Source: an uncultured Pseudomonadota bacterium (lineage in GTDB: Bacteria > Oederibacteriota > Muellerivitia > Muellerivitales > Muellerivitaceae). From it: a DNA stretch of 64,000 bases. Below are positions 58,768-64,000 of this stretch, in pieces (position 1 is the first letter of the stretch; the number at the start of each line of letters is the position of its first letter). The stretch is taken from assembly GCA_963836235.1 (NCBI GenBank), contig CAWIIP010000004.1:96001-160000 (forward strand). Direction: 5' to 3'. A program made the translations under genes and the position numbers. The notes under the pieces are model-generated. The model saw nothing but the letters and a program-made list of their open reading frames with translations, was not told where the DNA came from and made no database searches.

Positions 58768-59727
58768 ATGCCCCACGACCTCGAACGAAAACTTGTCCTG
58801 CTTACCTTATTGGCTTCCAGCCGATATCCTTTGACGCGCGCCGAGATATTCAAAAAACTCCCGTCCTATTATGGCGACCCTAAACGCAAAGCCGATTCAG
58901 CCAAAAAAATGTTCGAGCGGGATAAGGCGGAATTATCGGATGCAGGGTATGAACTTCTAGCAGAACCCATGGAAAGCGGGGATTTTAAGTATCGTCTTAA
59001 CAAGCCAACTGATTTTTTAGACCGAAATTTCCTTCTAACCCAAGAACAAGCTCAAACACTCAACAAAAGCCTAAACGACCCAGTTTTCAGAGGTCAACTT
59101 CCGGGAGTGGCCCTGCTGTCCCTGGCGAAACTGCTCACATTCCATGCTCCTTTCCTAGCAGGGGCTAAAACCCCAAAGGTCGGCCTCGACAAAGAAAGCC
59201 ACACTCTCCATTTCGCCCTTCGGGCGACGCAGGAAGAAAGAGCCATCGACGTGGAATATCCCTCGAAAGAAGGAAAGATGGAACGAAGGATATTCAGCCC
59301 CTATGGCGTATTTACCCAATCGGGAGCTGGTTATCTGACGGCCTGGTGCCATCGGGAAGAAATTCCCAAAGTCCTGGCTCTTTACAAAATCGGACGAATC
59401 GGTTTTTCTCCGGAATCCTACCACCCCAAACCAGATGGCCTTTCTATCGAACGGGATTATGCCTTCACCAATAAATGGGTCAAAGATGAAGCCAGAGGTC
59501 AAAGGGTCATCCTGCGGGTGGATAAAAGAAAAGCCAAACAAATACAGGAACAACACAAGTATTCACTACTCGACATTAAAAAAGACGGGTCTGTTCTGGC
59601 TGAATTTTGGGTGACCAACCCCAAGAGGTTCTTCCGCTTTGTCCTCCAGTTTGGACGTTACGCTCAAATCTTGGAGCCGCTGGAAACCTATAAAGCCTTT
59701 TCGGCTTTTCTGAAGGCCATTTCATGA
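58768..59727 (+). CDS. WYL-domain transcriptional regulator, PafB-like
   Basis: HTH KKMFERDKAEL (cf. PafB RMFERDK.EL); R...PYG....GYL.AWC..R; C-terminal WCX-like Q.LEP. Confidence 0.82.
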   Translation: MPHDLERKLVLLTLLASSRYPLTRAEIFKKLPSYYGDPKRKADSAKKMFERDKAELSDAGYELLAEPMESGDFKYRLNKPTDFLDRNFLLTQEQAQTLNKSLNDPVFRGQLPGVALLSLAKLLTFHAPFLAGAKTPKVGLDKESHTLHFALRATQEERAIDVEYPSKEGKMERRIFSPYGVFTQSGAGYLTAWCHREEIPKVLALYKIGRIGFSPESYHPKPDGLSIERDYAFTNKWVKDEARGQRVILRVDKRKAKQIQEQHKYSLLDIKKDGSVLAEFWVTNPKRFFRFVLQFGRYAQILEPLETYKAFSAFLKAIS

Positions 59728-60701
59728 AAAAGAAAGCCTCTCGTCTTGAATGGTCCATCTCTAGGCTCATTGCACTCTTTGCCGGTTTAAAAAACCCCAT
59801 GACTTTGGAACAATTGGAAAAAAGATTCGGAGTCCGTTATCCAGATTTGATGTTCCTGGAAAAACACTTTTTGGGCCAGTCCGAAGAAATGAGTTCCACC
59901 GGTGACTTTGGTTTTCGCCTTGACATGCAAAAACTCAAGAACGGTCAAACCCTGGTCACCCCGATTGTGCCTACGGTTTTAGAAAGGGCGGTGGGGGTCT
60001 CCAATTCCGAGGCCCAATTGGCGTTGGCGGCTTTAACTTATATTGAGGTTCCCGAACCTCGCCGAAAGATATTAAAGGAAATCGAAACGGATTTAAGCGA
60101 AGCCTTGAAAAAGGTTAAAAACCCAACCAATATCCCATTTTTGTTTTCCCGCCAAAGCCCGCCTTTTCTGGACCCCGAGGGGTTGAAGGTTGCCCAAGGG
60201 GTTCAAGAAGAAACCGAGTTGGAATTCAACTATGAAGGGGCCAACAAATTCGAACGGAAAGTGCAACCTTTAAGCCTACGGAATGACGATGGGGTTTGGC
60301 GGCTTCTGGCTTGGGATTTGGATCGGCAAGGTCTTAGGATATTCAAACTATCCAATATCCAGAAGGTGGTTCCAGGAAAGGGGTTTAAATGGCCGACACA
60401 ACTCGACAAAGCCAAAATCCGCGCCACAGATTTAAGTGTTTACCAACCCAATGGGAAAGAACAAAAGGTGGTCCTTCAAATTCGTAATCCCACACTGGAA
60501 AGGTATCGAAGCTTTTTTCCGAATGTTCGGATCAATAAGAAGGACAATGGTTGGAAAAAAATTTCCATGGTCAGCCAAGACCCGCAGTGGGCCGCAAGAC
60601 TATTTTTACCTGGCCTGGGGGATGTCAAAATCCTTGGGCCGGCGGAGTTTAAGACGGCCTGGTTGGAAGAGATCAAAGCGGTAAAAGCCCTCTACCCCTA
60701 A
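59724..60701 (+). CDS. WYL-domain protein, PafC-like
   Basis: R.VQP..L....G.WRLLAWD..R...R.FKL..I; KILGP.E; overlaps PafB-like stop. Confidence 0.8.
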   Translation: MKKKASRLEWSISRLIALFAGLKNPMTLEQLEKRFGVRYPDLMFLEKHFLGQSEEMSSTGDFGFRLDMQKLKNGQTLVTPIVPTVLERAVGVSNSEAQLALAALTYIEVPEPRRKILKEIETDLSEALKKVKNPTNIPFLFSRQSPPFLDPEGLKVAQGVQEETELEFNYEGANKFERKVQPLSLRNDDGVWRLLAWDLDRQGLRIFKLSNIQKVVPGKGFKWPTQLDKAKIRATDLSVYQPNGKEQKVVLQIRNPTLERYRSFFPNVRINKKDNGWKKISMVSQDPQWAARLFLPGLGDVKILGPAEFKTAWLEEIKAVKALYP

Positions 60702-60790
60702 TTTAACTTTCTTCGGAAATCCTCAAATAACTTCAAAAACTAGCCATGTCCGTGGCGTCTTTCATGATCTCTCTTAAATCAGGGGGGGAC

Positions 60791-61732
60791 ATGAACATCA
60801 AAATTATCGGAATTGGCGGCGGGGGTTGTAACGCCCTTAACTATTTAATTCGTTCCAGGAAACTGAAAGCGGATTTTATCGCCATCAATTCCGACTATCG
60901 CTCCTTACGTCGTTCTAAAGCCAAAAAGAAACTTATCTTAAGCCCTAATTTATTGAACGGTTATGGAGCAGGAGGCAACCCAGATTTGGCTCAACAGGCC
61001 GCATGGCAAAGCGCACAAGCCATTCTAGGCTTGTTTAAAAAACCGGATTGGGTCTGCATCCTGGCGGGATTAGGTGGGGGTACGGGCACTGGAGCGGCCC
61101 CGGTGGTTGCCCAAATTGCCCGGGATGCGGGCATTCAAGTGGCTTCGGTTGTCACCCTTCCCTTTAGACATGAAGGGCCTATTCGCCACGCCCAAGCCCA
61201 AGAAGGTATGGAACTTTTGAAATCCCATTGTGATATCGTCTTGAAATTTTCAAATGACCAATTGAATCTCTTTGTTGACCGCGAGGGGTTGGACCTAAGA
61301 GAAGCCTTTGCCTTAATGGACGAGTGGTTTTCAAGGGCGGCCATGGCGGTGGGAGATCTATTACTCTATCGGCGTATTTTAGGACCTAAGCCTAGTGAGT
61401 GGAAAACCATTTTAGGAAAAGGAAGAAGCCTTTGGGTCGGGACGGGGTCTGCTTCTGGAAACTCGAGGTTTTTAAAAGTCTGTGAAGAGGCAATCCGATA
61501 TCCGATTGTGGAAGAAGTACAACTTTCCAAAGCGAAGAAATGGTACCCCTTGGTGGTGTGCCGAAGCATCACTCTTGGACAGTTCAACGCTATCAATGGT
61601 CATCTTTTAGCTAGAGTGCCTAAAGGGGTTAAGATCATCCCCGGAATTGCTTACGACAAAACTATGAAAAAGGACCAATTGCGTTTATCCCTTTGGGCAT
61701 CAGCGCCGCCAGAGAAGCACAAAAAACTTTGA
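60791..61732 (+). CDS. Divergent FtsZ-family protein lacking T7-loop catalytic motif and C-terminal tail
   Basis: IKIIGIGGGGCNA, GAGGNP, GLGGGTGTGAAP, TLPF..EG, NDQL; NxDFAD replaced by GPKPSEW. Confidence 0.85.
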   Translation: MNIKIIGIGGGGCNALNYLIRSRKLKADFIAINSDYRSLRRSKAKKKLILSPNLLNGYGAGGNPDLAQQAAWQSAQAILGLFKKPDWVCILAGLGGGTGTGAAPVVAQIARDAGIQVASVVTLPFRHEGPIRHAQAQEGMELLKSHCDIVLKFSNDQLNLFVDREGLDLREAFALMDEWFSRAAMAVGDLLLYRRILGPKPSEWKTILGKGRSLWVGTGSASGNSRFLKVCEEAIRYPIVEEVQLSKAKKWYPLVVCRSITLGQFNAINGHLLARVPKGVKIIPGIAYDKTMKKDQLRLSLWASAPPEKHKKL

Positions 61733-61774
61733 AAAGGGAAGGTTTCAAGCGGGAATGGAACCACTTCTAGGAGG

Positions 61775-62242
61775 TTGAAAATGTGGGATGCAAAAGAATC
61801 GGATGAAATGATATTTGATAAATTATTGCGCACTGGACAAAAGGTGAGGACCTTGGAATGGGTCCTAGATGAAGTCGGAAAGAGACCATGGAGCACAGAA
61901 TTGAGGGCTTTGGCAGCTTTTGGATCGCTAACTTTAAGGTTTGATAAGGCGGCTAGGTCATTTGCAAAAACGGTTCTCTCCACCAATCGTTATAATAAAT
62001 GGGCCTTGACTGTCATGTTCGCATACACCCCAAATTCGACCATTGAGGAAATGCCGGAATTTTTTTACAGCAAAGGTTTTTATTTGGACTCTCTTTTGTA
62101 CTTACGCTTGAACCGACTAGGGTTAAAAGCCCCGGCCAGAAGACTTTGGGGTTTCATTGCCCGGTATGGACCAGAAGTGGAAAAGTGGTATTTGTTAAAA
62201 TCCGAGTTTGGGGTGGACAGGCGAGGTGGGCTAAATAGCTGA
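61775..62242 (+). CDS. Hypothetical protein
   Basis: 155 aa ORF after AGGAGG RBS. Confidence 0.55.
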   Translation: MKMWDAKESDEMIFDKLLRTGQKVRTLEWVLDEVGKRPWSTELRALAAFGSLTLRFDKAARSFAKTVLSTNRYNKWALTVMFAYTPNSTIEEMPEFFYSKGFYLDSLLYLRLNRLGLKAPARRLWGFIARYGPEVEKWYLLKSEFGVDRRGGLNS

Positions 62243-62296
62243 GATTGATAACTTGTTCTGAAATTTATTCAAAAATGAAGACTCCTGAGGGGAATA

Positions 62297-63946
62297 ATGG
62301 GAACCCAGATAAATAATTATAATCTTAAAGACCTCATTAAATTTATTGAGTCAAAAAATGTTGCCGTTCCCGAATTCCAAAGAGGTTTTGTTTGGAGGAC
62401 TAAACAAGTTAAAGCCCTCTTTGATAGTCTTGTAAAAAATTACCCTGTCGGGAGTTTTATTATTTGGAGGACTAAAAAGCAAATTGAGGCCCGTCCGTTA
62501 AGTGGGGATAAACTTCCTAGTTTGAAATATTTGATCCTTGATGGACAACAACGAATGACGAGTATTTACTATTTATACCGGCAAAAAAAATTTAAGGAAT
62601 CAATAAAAGATAGATTTCACGAAACCTGTGAAAACCCCGAGAGAAACCTAATAGATTTTGAAAAATTCGAGATATCCAAAAATGGTGGTGATCAGTCCTT
62701 GGAATACACCAGAGATGGTGACTGCAAGATTGATTATCGAAAATTATTAAGCCGCGTTAAAAAAAGTTACAAATTTCCAGTGGTCGTAATCTCTCTAGAT
62801 GATTATCGTCAGGCCATAGAGGTTTTTGAGAGAATAAACCAAGCTGGAACTAGGATTTCTACTGAGTCTATTTTCTTGTCTGAAACATGGAACAGTCGAT
62901 CCAACATCGGAAAAATTTTAAGGACTAGAAAAAAGAAAAAAACTGGTTCTCTGACAAGAAAAATTGACACTGTTATATTTATACATGTTTTCGCTATCGT
63001 CCTTCAAATTAATAAGTCGAATTCCACGAACTCTAGAATAGAAATAAATATTGGAACACTTAAAAAAATTGCTGATGAAGTAAGAAAAGATAAAAGAGGA
63101 AAATATAAACGGACTTTTGAAGATTGTATTGAATCTGTAGGGCGCGCTTTGCGATTTCTAACTGAGGAATACCGGATAGTCAATGTTAGAGAACTTCCCT
63201 CACAAACAATGATTACGGTTTTGAGTATATTTTTTTATTTTGAAAAATCAGCGACCAGTTTTCAAAAAAAAGAATTGAGGAAATGGTATTGGAGATCGTC
63301 TCTAAGGAATCAATATATTGGGGCTGGATATACCAAAAACATTAATGATGATGCGAAGGCCATGAAGCTGCTTGCCTTAAAAAATATAAAATTAAACATT
63401 CCAAAAGCTTCTCTTTGGAAATTTAACAAAATAGTTGAAGACGGGGATATAAGGTCCGGCAGATCAACCTACCGAAATATTTTCAAACAGGCTCTATGGC
63501 AACAGAACCCCGTATTTATTGACGGCGAGCCAGTCAGCCGAGAGGATAAGGAGACTGAACAACACAAGCCAGAAGATGACCACTTTTTTCCCTACTATTT
63601 GCATAAACGGAGGATGGCCGGTAGTGAAATCAACAATATTTTAAATATTCATTTTTTGAATAGGGATGAGAACAGAACTAAAACCAAAAAATTACCATCT
63701 GAATGGTTGGAAGAAAGGATCGAAAAGGAAAAACCGGACCAAAAGGCCATAGAAAAATATTTTAAAAGTGAACTTTTGCCTTTTAAAACGTTAGGGGAGT
63801 TAAAAAGGTATGAACGTCCATTTATGTTAAAAACCCCAAAAGCTGTTCAAAAACAATTTGAAAAAAATTATGAACGTTTTTTGCGAAAGAGATATGAACT
63901 TTTTCAAAAGGCTTTAATTCGATTACAAGATGGGAAGCAAAAATAG
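62297..63946 (+). CDS. DUF262 + HNH-like nuclease (GmrSD-like type IV restriction/defence protein)
   Basis: PEFQRGFVW, DGQQR, F.RIN..G; C-terminal DH.FP...N...L....N..K; AT-rich. Confidence 0.85.
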   Translation: MGTQINNYNLKDLIKFIESKNVAVPEFQRGFVWRTKQVKALFDSLVKNYPVGSFIIWRTKKQIEARPLSGDKLPSLKYLILDGQQRMTSIYYLYRQKKFKESIKDRFHETCENPERNLIDFEKFEISKNGGDQSLEYTRDGDCKIDYRKLLSRVKKSYKFPVVVISLDDYRQAIEVFERINQAGTRISTESIFLSETWNSRSNIGKILRTRKKKKTGSLTRKIDTVIFIHVFAIVLQINKSNSTNSRIEINIGTLKKIADEVRKDKRGKYKRTFEDCIESVGRALRFLTEEYRIVNVRELPSQTMITVLSIFFYFEKSATSFQKKELRKWYWRSSLRNQYIGAGYTKNINDDAKAMKLLALKNIKLNIPKASLWKFNKIVEDGDIRSGRSTYRNIFKQALWQQNPVFIDGEPVSREDKETEQHKPEDDHFFPYYLHKRRMAGSEINNILNIHFLNRDENRTKTKKLPSEWLEERIEKEKPDQKAIEKYFKSELLPFKTLGELKRYERPFMLKTPKAVQKQFEKNYERFLRKRYELFQKALIRLQDGKQK

Positions 63947-64000
63947 AATGTTAAACATTATTGTCGTGTTCTTGCAGGTTTCGACTCCGGCGGCAAAGAA

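Larger units (their letters stand above)
35838..64000. mobile_element. Integrated mobilisable/conjugative-type element at tRNA-Thr 3' end (right boundary beyond window)
   Basis: Abrupt switch from core genes to T4CP, relaxase-like, TA, umuDC, ardC, radC-like and defence genes; mixed base composition; no integrase seen. Confidence 0.8.

Noticed and set aside
60791-61732. Calling this the host cell-division ftsZ
   Set aside because: Not in a dcw cluster, lies in a mobile element, and lacks the T7 motif and C-terminal peptide.
62191-62224. GTGGACAGGC as an additional right half-site
   Set aside because: Short match inside a coding region with no core or left arm.
63968-63996. CAGGTTTCGACTCCGGCGGCA as attR copy of the tRNA 3' end
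   Set aside because: Only a loose match, and it reads as the start of a new ORF (MLNIIVVFLQVSTPAAK) running off the window.

Overview
The window has two parts. Positions 1-35,837 are core chromosome of a diderm bacterium: surface/glycan genes, sugar metabolism (fbaB, pfkB, rhaD-like, pfp), rpsF-ssb-rpsR-yybS-rplI-dnaB-alr-mlaEFD, radA-ispDF-gltX-cysES-rlmB and tRNA-Thr(UGU). From the tRNA 3' end to the window edge is an integrated mobile element. It carries a T4SS coupling protein plus a Replic_Relax-like protein, three toxin-antitoxin pairs, SRAP-umuDC, a 1.4 kb structured non-coding region, an ardC/radC operon, a PafBC-like WYL pair, a divergent FtsZ and a GmrSD-like nuclease. The main finding is at 39.6-51.5 kb: 12 (perhaps 13) same-orientation copies of a 30-bp palindrome (TTGTCCACGACGGG-GA-CCCGTCGTGGACAR) divide the DNA into unrelated 1-4-gene units. 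Compensatory substitutions are split between neighbouring copies, and two copies stop exactly after the central GA. Both point to recombination through the centre of the palindrome, i.e. an integron-like cassette array using a non-attC site. No recombinase is visible in the window. Also notable are a candidate lineage-specific SOS box (GTATAC-N4-GTATAC) at the umuDC, radA-operon and dnaB promoters, and an FtsZ homologue lacking the catalytic T7 loop downstream of the WYL pair. All calls are from manual motif reading; no database searches were run.
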